Below are positions 51,010-59,957 of a DNA stretch of 64,000 bases, piece by piece. Below the pieces are notes generated by a model that had not been told where the DNA came from, searched no databases, and saw only the letters and a list, made by a program, of their open reading frames with translations. This DNA comes from Bryobacterales bacterium (GTDB lineage: Bacteria; Acidobacteriota; Terriglobia; Bryobacterales; UBA6623), in contig OZ242039.1 of the NCBI GenBank assembly GCA_965205085.1, positions 2,981,911 through 3,045,910 of the forward strand, read 5' to 3'. Position 1 is the first letter of the stretch. Each line of letters starts with the position of its first letter. The translations under genes and the position numbers were made by a program.

Positions 51010-52176
51010 TCACTCGACCTCACGGGGTGCCGTATAGCCCTTCCGTGCAACGATCTTGTATTTGATCCGCTTGCCGTTCTTCCCGGTCATCCGGAGTTCC
51101 TTGTTGCTTGTCGGATCCACGAGCCGCACCTGGATCTCCCTGAACGAGCCGTCACGCTTGGTGTTCGACGGCTGGTAGACGGCGGTGTACTGGTTGCGCA
51201 TCAGGTAGTTGAGGCTCTGGAAGATGGTCGGGAATTGTCCGTAGAAGCGGGGAAAGAACGCGAAGCCGCCCGTCTCGCTCGTGAACGTCCGCAGCTGGTT
51301 GTCCGCCTGGAGCCAGCCGATGCGGGTGGCCCCGCCTACGGCCCCCCACGAGTCGAGGAGTTCCTTGAGCATCTGGCCGAGGCCGATGGCGTGCACCGTC
51401 ACTCCGGCCTCCTGCACAATCTTGCGGGCCTGCGCGAAGTTGAGCCGGCTGAATGTGTCCTCGCCGCTCGAGAGCAACACCACCGCCTTGCGCCCCTCGA
51501 TGCTCGACATTCGCTGGACTGTGTCGGCGAGCGCGTCGAAGAGATTGGACTCGCGGTACGCCGCGATCCGCAGTCGCTGCAGGGCGCTCTCAATCTCTCG
51601 CCGGTCCTGCGTGAAGTCGGCCAGGATCTCCGGCCGGAGGTCATAGGCGATCACCGCAACCCAGTCCTCCGGCTGCAAGGTCTCCACGAAGCCGTACGTC
51701 GCTGTCAGGGTCTGGTACCAAGTCTCGGACCAGTATTGTTGCCACCTGTTGCTGAACTCGATCAGGAGCGCGACGGTTGCCGGAGCCTGCGTCGGCCCGA
51801 TGCTGACGATCTTCTGGGGGACGCCGTCCTCGAGGATCTGGAAGTTGCCTGAAGGAATGTTCGGAATGAACTGGCCCTTGTTGTCGAGCACGGCGATGTC
51901 GACCGTGACGGCATTGGTGTCGACCGTGAACAGGGGCTGGTCCTGGGGCAGCCGCTGGGGTGCCCGGGTCTGCACGGGCGGCACGTTCGCGGGCGAGTCA
52001 GGGACACCCCCCGGTCCGGGAACCGAACCGGGTGATCGCGGGTTTCCGGGGACCGGCCGCCGGGGTCGGTCCCCGATCGGCCCCTGCGCATTCGACAGCG
52101 GGATGGCGGAAGCAAGGACGGCCAGCACCGCAACCACCAGACCCATGGTGCGAAGAAGCCGTTGCGTACCGTTCAT
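51010..52176 (-). CDS. VWFA-related (Acidobacterial-type) von Willebrand factor A domain protein
   Basis: Signal peptide. FTVDTNAVTVDIAVLDNKGQFIPNIPSGNFQILEDGVPQKIVS followed by a VWA domain (AVVLLSSGEDT...VHAIGLG). Confidence 0.75.
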   Translation of the reverse strand: MNGTQRLLRTMGLVVAVLAVLASAIPLSNAQGPIGDRPRRPVPGNPRSPGSVPGPGGVPDSPANVPPVQTRAPQRLPQDQPLFTVDTNAVTVDIAVLDNKGQFIPNIPSGNFQILEDGVPQKIVSIGPTQAPATVALLIEFSNRWQQYWSETWYQTLTATYGFVETLQPEDWVAVIAYDLRPEILADFTQDRREIESALQRLRIAAYRESNLFDALADTVQRMSSIEGRKAVVLLSSGEDTFSRLNFAQARKIVQEAGVTVHAIGLGQMLKELLDSWGAVGGATRIGWLQADNQLRTFTSETGGFAFFPRFYGQFPTIFQSLNYLMRNQYTAVYQPSNTKRDGSFREIQVRLVDPTSNKELRMTGKNGKRIKYKIVARKGYTAPREVE

Positions 52177-52324
52177 GCTGTGCCTCCAGGCGGGCCTTGC
52201 GGCCGGCCGATATCGCACCAGCCACGAAACGCCCATTTCATGGTACCCCTCAGCAGGGGCCGACGATCGCCCGCACCGGTTCCGGCAAGCTCCCGACGGG
52301 GGCGATCCCCACCGGTTCCCGGTC

Positions 52325-52693
52325 CTACTCGGGCACCTTCAACTCGAAGTTGTATATGAGTTCCGTGCGACTGTCAAAGGTGGACACGGTTCTGGTCTTG
52401 CTCTGGAATCCATCGGCCAGCGCCTTGATCTCGTAGTCGACGCCAAGGTCGAGCCCGTTGAAGTAGTACTTGCCCTCGTCGTTCGTATGAAAGGACTTCA
52501 TTTCCTGTGTGCGCAGGTTCTTCAGTTGCACAACCGCACGGATTCCGACCTCGTGCTCGTCCATGACCTGACCTTTCACGGTTCGCGTCGGATCTTCCTT
52601 CTTCTTCTTGCCGAAGCCCGGGAACTGGGCGCGGGCGGGCGGAAGCAGAGCGAACGCGGCAATCAGGAGCAGGCTTCGACGGTCAGTTTGCAT
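52325..52693 (-). CDS. Carboxypeptidase-regulatory-like domain protein
   Basis: Signal peptide plus VKGQVMDEHEVGIRAVVQLKN...TNDEGKYYFNGL...YEIKALADGFQS. Confidence 0.7.
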   Translation of the reverse strand: MQTDRRSLLLIAAFALLPPARAQFPGFGKKKKEDPTRTVKGQVMDEHEVGIRAVVQLKNLRTQEMKSFHTNDEGKYYFNGLDLGVDYEIKALADGFQSKTRTVSTFDSRTELIYNFELKVPE

Positions 52694-52706
52694 GGCACTT
52701 CCTATG

Positions 52707-53120
52707 CTAAGGCGGAACCGAGCCCGGGGTCTTGTCCTTTCGCGGCCTGCGAGGCTGAAGGATCAGGTTGGCGACCGATTTCTCGATACCGAAAACCTGA
52801 ACCGTGCGATACGCTTCAGCGAACCCGGGCGCTCTCGCGGTGATTACGAAGGTGGCGTCTCCGGCCGGCACGTAGATCCTGAATTCGCCCCGGTAGTTGG
52901 TGACGGCCCTGTACTTCCTGCGGGGATTCCCTTCCCTGTACGCAAACACGCGGGCTCCAGGCAGTGCGAGATAGCTGTCCTGAAACACCGTCCCAAACAC
53001 GAGCGCCCTCGGTTCGGACCGCTCCTGCTGTGCCGGCAGGAGGGCGTGGCACAGGACAATTCCCGGCAATGCTCGTATCCACGCCCGGCGCGTCACCGCC
53101 AGCTTCCCCCGTCGTTCCAT
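52707..53120 (-). CDS. Carboxypeptidase-regulatory-like domain protein
   Basis: ATG 53120. VFGTVFQDSYLALPGARVFAY...TNYRGEFRIYVPAGDATFVITARAPGFAE. Confidence 0.65.
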   Translation of the reverse strand: MERRGKLAVTRRAWIRALPGIVLCHALLPAQQERSEPRALVFGTVFQDSYLALPGARVFAYREGNPRRKYRAVTNYRGEFRIYVPAGDATFVITARAPGFAEAYRTVQVFGIEKSVANLILQPRRPRKDKTPGSVPP

Positions 53121-54272
53121 AGAGTGTCGCACACGGACGTTCGCGGCTCCCGGCCCCAGATCGCCCGGGCTGCATTGCCCTGGACACCCAACTCGTGCTC
53201 GTTCCCTGCCGGCACGCGATTCCGAGGCTCGCCGTGATGCCGGAGGTCGATGTTGGGTTCCAGAACCGGCTTGCAAACCTGCCGTCGGTCGCGGCTGGGG
53301 CCGTGTCCCACCGTCGTGTTGCCTGCGGGCAACACGGTCTGCCTGGCCTTGGAGAGTAGGCTGCGTGGCTGGGAGCACCGGCGCAAGGCCTCGGGTCGCA
53401 GTACAAGTTCCGTCCGGGTTGCTGGTTTCCCACAGGTCTGAGGCAGCGTGGACTGCAGTACCTGGAGGTCTCGGCGGAACTTCTCCCAATGGGGTGCGTT
53501 GCGGTGAGCCGGACAGGATCGATCTGAAGGAGAACTCTGAATGAAACGTAACTGGCTTGGGTGGCTTCTGGTTGTCGCACTCTGTGCCGCGCCGTTTTTC
53601 GCGGCAGCCCAGGACGCCATGGACGAGATGCACATGATGGGCCCGATGGCACCGTCATCAATGAAGGCCGTGCTCTGGACCGACCAGCTCGGCTATGCGA
53701 CGGGCGAGCAGATGAATGTGTACCTGAGCATCGATGCCATGGGTGACAGGCACGACTACACCTGCTTTGTCTACCGCGAGAACATCGAAACCGGGGAGCG
53801 CCAGTACCTGCCGCTGACTCCTGGCGGATCCCTGACCGACGAAGTCGTCGACTCGGCAGGCATGGTGCAAGGCGACTTCCACGCAACTTCGGTCAACAAC
53901 ATGGACAAGGCCCGTATCTGGAGTGGCAGCGTCCCCGAGCCCGGCCTGTGGCAGTGGGTCGGCGAACTGCGCAATGCCGACGCCACTCAGGTGCCGAAGA
54001 AGATGCACGCCAAGTTCGTGGTCTCTTAGCAGCCCCGCCAGCAACTCGGCTTCGATGGTACCGACACCGAGAACTCAACCGACACCACCTGGACCAACGA
54101 CACCAACTATCAGATCCGCCACCAGGTGTTCGTCAACCCGGGCACCACCTTGACGACCGAGGCCGGTACACTCATCCTGGCGAGCGGCCAGAACGCCGTC
54201 ATCGTCGTCGAGAAAGGCGGCAAGATCATGGCAGAGGGCCGGCGCGAAGCTCCCATCGTGATGACCTGCGAC

Positions 54273-56688
54273 CTGCCTATGCCCCATAAGTGAAGTCAGG
54301 GCTCCTCGATCGAGACGCTGGCAGGTGGCTCGCAGGAATCGCGCAGGGTATAGGCTTCGCTCATGATCGACAAGCGGTTCCAGCCCTCCCAGGTCTTTTG
54401 GTGTCCCGGGGGCGGGGCGTTGGCGCGGTACTGGTAGCCACCCAGAATCGCCATCGTGCGCAGCGCCAGGCCGAGGTTGCGGGGCGGGTCCAGTCGGCGC
54501 TGGGTCGCGAAGTCGTGCAGGACGCGCAACTGCTGGGAGGTGAAGCAAACCGTGGCGGGCAGCTCGGGGGTAGCCCGGCCCAGCAGCGTCAGCACCGCCA
54601 GGCGCCAAGCGATGACGGCTTTGATCGTGACCGCCCGCGTGATGCGCTGACCCGTGCGGTGGCCCAAGGACTCGGCCTTGCAGCCGGACTTGAGAATCCG
54701 GTGCCAGTCCTCGATGCGCCAGCGGAGCCGGTACCAGCGCAGGACGCGCTCGGCATCCGCCAGCGAGGTGACCGGGAGCGTGGTCAGCAGGAACCACTCG
54801 AGGGCCTCGCCGGCGGGGGCTGGGGAGCGCTCCCAAACGTGCACACACTGCAAACGCAAGGGTTCCTGGCTGGGGGCGGGCGGCAACTCGACCGTCTGCC
54901 AGCGCACCTCGGCGCAGGCCGTGCGGGCCTCCCGGAGCGGCTTGGCCGCCTGCTGGCGGCTGCCCCGGCGCGCCGAACTGCGCGGCACCTCGATCTCGAT
55001 CTGAGCCCGGGCCGCTTGGGCCCGGAGGTGATCGAACAGCTTGGGCTGGTCGGGTCCCAGGCTGCGGTTGTGCCGGGCCCGCACCAGCAACTCGACCCGC
55101 CGTAGCTGGCGTTGCTCGGCGAACAGGGCCTGCACATCCGCCTCGCGGTCCAGCACCGCAACCAATTGCGTGTCCGACAGTTGGCGCGCGACAGCGGCGC
55201 AGTCGCGCAAGCCCTGGATCCACTGGAAGGTCTTGCGCTCCTCGAGCGGTCGTCCGGGCTCGGCCTGCCCGTCGGGCGTCGCATACTGAATCTTGAGCAG
55301 GCCCAGCGGGAGGCCTTCCGGGTTCAGCGCCATGGTCGTATGCATGTGGATTCCGAGCGTGCCCTCCGCCCCGCGGTTCTTGCCGATCAGGCCCAGCCCG
55401 GCACAGCCGGGATGCGTGGCGAAATTGAGATCGGTGCCGTCCTGTACGCATAGCACCACCCGCTCGGCCTGCATCCGCCGCAGGGTGCGCTGGCGGTGGG
55501 GCTCGAGAATGTTGTCGGGGGTCACCGCCGAGTCGTCCGGCTGGTCGATGAGCCGGTAGTGGCCCTTGATGGCGGCGCGCTGGCCTTGGGCGGCGGTGGG
55601 GATCGAGGCCATCGGAGCGGCGGCTTGCATCTGCGCGGTCTGCACCAGCCGCTGGGACCAGCGTACATCCCCCAAGCGCGCCCCGCCCAGTTCGTTGGAG
55701 GCGAACTCGTCGAGGGCGAGTCCTGCGCCCGCCTCCAGCGGCTTCGCCGGCGGTGGGGCGCTGGCACCCAGTTGCTGCCGCCAGTCGCGCTGCAGCGGGT
55801 AGACGAAGATGGCCTTGACCGGCACACGTTGGTCGGGGGCGGCGAAACGGCCGCGTCCGGTGGTCTGGCCGACATAGGTCCAGTTGGCGGCACGGAAGCA
55901 GGTACCGGGATGCTGCCGGGGGTCACAATAGGTTTCCAGCAGCACGGGCCGGTAGCGATAGCGCTGCTGGAAATCGGCGGGCAGGCGGCGCAAGACCAGC
56001 CCGAGCACCTTGGAGGCGAGGCCGTCACAGCGTACGCCAGGCCGGATCAGGAACCGGCTCAGGTTCAGCACACCGTGCAGCCGCTTGCGGCGCATGGCCG
56101 CCGACCAGCCGATCCATTCGTCGCGCGCGGCGACCGCGAGGGCCGCTGCGGCAAAGCCGAGCGCACCGAGCACACCGTTTTCCGATTCAACCAGATAGCG
56201 TACTTGGGCCCCGACATGGAGGACGGCCCCATAGGGGTGCTCGCGGGCCATGAGTTCGTTCCAGACCTGGCGCTGCTCGGCCGTCGTGACCAGACTCAGT
56301 TGCAAATCCACCACGTCCGCGACACGGGCCGGCACGGCCTGCGCGGCGGGGACCGGCTGGTCCAGGCCCCGGGGGCGGCCCGGTCCGCGCCGGCCACAGG
56401 GACGGGCCGCTGGCAAACGGAGATGGCCTTGGTCTTCCAGACCGCGCAAGGCTTGCTTGCAAGTCGCCAGTTGCCACTGGCCGCGACTGTCGCGCAAGTC
56501 GAAGGCTTGGCACACCTGACGCACGAAGGCGGTCCGATTGACCTCGCCAGCCTGCGCCCGCAGGGCCTGCAGAGTCGCTAGCGAGGCGGGCTGCGAGAGG
56601 GTCTCCAGAATGCAATGTTGATCGAGCATGTCCTAGACATGCCACAACGACACTAAAAAGTCAACTGCTTTCTGTGGGGCATAAGCAG
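54273..56688 (-). mobile_element. IS4/Tn5-like insertion sequence, intact
   Basis: IRs CTGCCTATGCCCCATAAG (54273-) and CTGCTTATGCCCCACAGA (reverse complement of -56688). 8-bp TSD CCTGCGAC (54265-54272 and 56689-56696). Excision restores the host reading frame. Confidence 0.85.
54296..56629 (-). CDS. IS4/Tn5-like DDE transposase with DUF4338-like N-terminal domain
   Basis: 777 aa. N-domain WIGWSAAMRRKRLHGVLNLSRFLI...GTCFRAANWTYVGQTTGRGR...IFVYPL. C-terminal Tn5-like DDE region (VLCVQDGTDLNF...LVAVLDREAD...WRIEDWHRILKSGC). Confidence 0.85.
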   Translation of the reverse strand: MLDQHCILETLSQPASLATLQALRAQAGEVNRTAFVRQVCQAFDLRDSRGQWQLATCKQALRGLEDQGHLRLPAARPCGRRGPGRPRGLDQPVPAAQAVPARVADVVDLQLSLVTTAEQRQVWNELMAREHPYGAVLHVGAQVRYLVESENGVLGALGFAAAALAVAARDEWIGWSAAMRRKRLHGVLNLSRFLIRPGVRCDGLASKVLGLVLRRLPADFQQRYRYRPVLLETYCDPRQHPGTCFRAANWTYVGQTTGRGRFAAPDQRVPVKAIFVYPLQRDWRQQLGASAPPPAKPLEAGAGLALDEFASNELGGARLGDVRWSQRLVQTAQMQAAAPMASIPTAAQGQRAAIKGHYRLIDQPDDSAVTPDNILEPHRQRTLRRMQAERVVLCVQDGTDLNFATHPGCAGLGLIGKNRGAEGTLGIHMHTTMALNPEGLPLGLLKIQYATPDGQAEPGRPLEERKTFQWIQGLRDCAAVARQLSDTQLVAVLDREADVQALFAEQRQLRRVELLVRARHNRSLGPDQPKLFDHLRAQAARAQIEIEVPRSSARRGSRQQAAKPLREARTACAEVRWQTVELPPAPSQEPLRLQCVHVWERSPAPAGEALEWFLLTTLPVTSLADAERVLRWYRLRWRIEDWHRILKSGCKAESLGHRTGQRITRAVTIKAVIAWRLAVLTLLGRATPELPATVCFTSQQLRVLHDFATQRRLDPPRNLGLALRTMAILGGYQYRANAPPPGHQKTWEGWNRLSIMSEAYTLRDSCEPPASVSIEEP

Positions 56689-56956
56689 CCTGCGACCAAC
56701 CGCTCGGGCGGCGCGAGTCGGGTAGCTGGGCCGGATTGATCGTCTTGGGCAATGCCCCGATGACCCGTGGAACGGGCTTGGCCGAGGGCGTGATCCCGGA
56801 GACGCGTCCGACCTACGGCGACGATGATCCGATGGATTCCAGCGGTGTGCTGCGCTACATGCGCGTAGAGTTCGCCGGCGTTGACTTCAATCCCGAGACA
56901 CAGCCGAACGCTTTCGGCTTCCACGGCGGTGGTTCCGGCACGGTGATCAACCACAT

Positions 56957-58045
56957 CTAGTGTATCTCGCTAGAAATTCCTTCACAGTAGGATTTCAGTG
57001 ATTTCAGGATATCGTCAGCGCTCTTGGTCCAGATCAAGGGTTGGGGGTCTTCGTTGTAGACCTGCAAGTACTCCCTGATGGCCGCTTCCAGCGCCTGGGT
57101 GCTGCGAAACGTTCCGCGCCGAATCCGCCGCCGTGTGATCTCCGCAAACCAACGCTCCACCTAGTTCAACCACGAGGCACTGGTCGGTGTGAAGTGCAGG
57201 TGGTAGCGCGGCCGCCGTCGCAGCCAATTCTGGATCTGCGCAGTCTTGTGGGTCCCGTAGTTGTCGAGGATCAGATGCACATCGTGGGTCTCTGGCACCG
57301 CCTTGTCGATCCGCGCCAGGAACTTCTTAAACTCGACGGCGCGGTGGCGCCGATAGCACTTGCCGGTCACCTCGCCGGTCGCGATATTCAGGGCCGCAAA
57401 CAGGGAGGTCGTCCCATTGCGCTTGTAGTCGTGGGTCTGCCGCTCGGGGACTCCCGGTTGCATCGGCAACACCGGCTGGGTGCGGTCCAGGGCCTGAATC
57501 TGTGATTTCTCATCCACACAAAGCACCACCGCGCGCTCGGGCGGATGGAGGTACCAACCGCCGATATCCCGTACTTTCTGCACAAACTGCGGGTCCTGCG
57601 ACAGCTTGCATGTCTCGCTCCGATGTGGCTGGAGACCGAACGCACGCCAGATGCGGCCGATGGTGGAGGGACTCAGTCCCGAGGCTTGGGCCATCCACTT
57701 ACGACTCCACTGGGTTGCCCCTCGGGGACGTGTCTGCAAGGTCCGTACCACGACCTGCTCCACATCGGCATCCGTCACCGTCCTCGGCGCACCGGAGCGG
57801 GGTTGGTCCAGCCAGCCGTCGCAGCCGTCCTCAAGGAACCGACGCCGCCATTTCCCGACCGTGACGCGAGTGGTATGCAAGCTGTCTGCGACTTGCTGGT
57901 CACTGCGGCCTTGGGCTGACTGAAGGATGATGCGCGCCCGCAAGGCCAGCGCCTGCGAGGTCTTCTGCCGTCGCAGCCAGCGATTCAGTTCCTGGCGTTG
58001 CGGGTCCGAGATTTGGGGGGATACTCGCGTATGTTGATTGGCCAT
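56957..58045 (-). pseudogene. IS630-family transposase interrupted by an in-frame TAG
   Basis: ORFs 57161-58045 and 56957-57160 are in one frame, separated only by TAG (57161-57163) inside the conserved motif SWLN*VERWF (normally SWLNQVERWF). The terminal stop TAG is supplied by the flanking CTAG target. Confidence 0.8.
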
Positions 58046-58118
58046 CTCTGCCTCCCGAGTCTGCTACGACGGTACCAGAACCCCCATCCGGTAGCAACAA
58101 ATTTCTAACGAGGGACAC
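56960..58118 (-). mobile_element. IS630-family insertion sequence
   Basis: IRs GTGTATCTCGCTAGAAATT (56960-) and GTGTCCCTCGTTAGAAATT (reverse complement of -58118). TA duplication (56958-59 and 58119-20) within a CTAG target. Confidence 0.85.
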
Positions 58119-59447
58119 TAGGCACACGAAGGCGAGGACGATGGCATTGAGTTCTTCGGCGGCACCGCCGATTGCAGGTACTGCGTGTCGAGCGGTTCCA
58201 AGGATGATTCGCTCGACTGGGCCTTCGGCTGGCAGGGCACGGCCCAGTACGTGTTCATCCAGCAGGATCCGCAGGGTGACAACGGCATCGAGGCCGACAA
58301 CGACAGCCTAGGCTTCGACCGGATGCCACGCTCCCATCCGAAGCTCTACAACGTGACACTGGTGGGCGGTTATGCGCAGGACGAGACTTCCCAGCATGGC
58401 GGCGACGGCATGCGGCTTCGCGTGGGGATGGCCGTCACGGCACGCAACCTGCTGCTGACCGGCTTTGGCGGAAACGCTCTGGACGTGCGCGACAACTCGC
58501 TGGCGCTGTTCGCCGATGGCACCAGCAGCATCATGAACGCGATCATCCATGCCAATGGCAACATGATGGGCGACGATCAGATCAGGGGTGGCGTGGCCTG
58601 CTCGGTGCACTACATGGATGTCGCTCCGATGTTGGTCAACGTGCGCTACGAGGGCAACCCCGATCCGCGCCCGATGCTCGGACCGCCGGCACTTCTGGTT
58701 GGCAACGCTGCCACGCCTCCCAGCGACATGCACCTGCTCGACACCAGCGCGCAGTTCATCGGTGCCTTCGGCACTGAGAACTGGCTGGAAGAATGGACCT
58801 TCTTCGGTGACGAGTTCGACTAAGACACGTCCTACTAGCACGGCTCCGCCATCAAGCCCGCAGCCGATTTGCCCAAGCTGATGAATTTCGCCCCCGGACG
58901 CCTTTCCTCTCGACGGAGGAACGGTCTGCTTCGGTACGGCCCCTCGAACGGTCCCCAGTTCCGCAGCCTGTGCGCCGAACGCGTAGCAGCCGAGCCACGG
59001 TTCTTGCTTCATCGCGGGACGGACAGCGGCTGTTGCCAGCGCCAAGCAACGAACACGCTGCTGCGGCTTCCACGGGCGGTCACCGGTCCCAACTGTTCGA
59101 AGCAGCCCGCCAGCGCGTTCAAACCGTAGCAGGTTTTCGGCACTACACGTCCACGACGCGCAATACACTCCCGCCAATGCGCACAGTGCAGCGTCGCAAG
59201 CGCCAGCCACTGGCGCTTGCAGCCTGTCTTGATAACAGCTGACCGAGGTGTTGCTGATGACGAATGCCGATTTGGCGCTGGGTCAGAGATTACCGTTAGG
59301 CACCACGTCCTGCATTCGCCTCCCTTCTTCGAGGCAGTGCGCCCACACGGGCCAGATTTCATCCCGCTCGCGTCGCCAGTACTGACACGGACCACAGTCT
59401 CATTGCACGAATTACGTCCACGCACGAAACTTGCCAAAGCACTTCCT

Positions 59448-59957
59448 CTAGGCCGATACCGGATCTCCGCTGTGTTCAATTTCCATGTCGGCCTTCCGTA
59501 TCGCCTGCCAAAACTGGATCACGAAGAGTTCGAGCGAACGAGGTGGTTCATCGAATATCTCGCATAACTTGTCAAATCCACCATGCGCATACATATTGAA
59601 CTCACGCACTCCCCTGTCAGTCAAGTAGTTGCGTGAACTCGAATCCACGAATTTTCCAATCTGCTCATGGACAGCGGTTCTCTCATTGAGTGCAATACCC
59701 AATCTCCTCAATTCGCTACTGATGAACAGTGCAACATAGAGTCGGCCATAATTCTTGTAATTTCCAGGATAATAGTCGATAATGTCGGTAGTATCAGATG
59801 TCTTCATTTCCTTCCTCCGCTGCCAATGAATACCTGTCAGAAAACAGAAATAGAAGACATCAAACTCGAGCTCGAAGCGAGGTCTAGATCTATTGCTAGT
59901 ATCCTTCCGGATTCTTGCGAACCAATCCTGTGCGTCCTTTCTTATTGTGAAATACAT
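59448..59957 (-). CDS. 169-aa protein of unknown function (island gene 4)
   Basis: ATG shares one nt with the upstream TGA (TGATG). GAGGAG lies 5 nt upstream. No recognisable motif. Confidence 0.7.
   Translation of the reverse strand: MYFTIRKDAQDWFARIRKDTSNRSRPRFELEFDVFYFCFLTGIHWQRRKEMKTSDTTDIIDYYPGNYKNYGRLYVALFISSELRRLGIALNERTAVHEQIGKFVDSSSRNYLTDRGVREFNMYAHGGFDKLCEIFDEPPRSLELFVIQFWQAIRKADMEIEHSGDPVSA

Larger units (their letters stand above)
53541..58823 (+). pseudogene. Secreted beta-helix-type protein gene, broken by two in-frame TAGs and two IS insertions
   Basis: Segments 53541-54272, 56697-56957 and 58122-58823 join in one frame once the ISs and their TSDs are removed (..PIVMTCD|QPLGRRESGSWAGLIVLGNAP.., ..GTVINHI*AHEGEDDGIEFFGG..DDSLDWAFGWQG). 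In-frame TAG at 54027-54029 and at the IS630 target. Confidence 0.7.
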
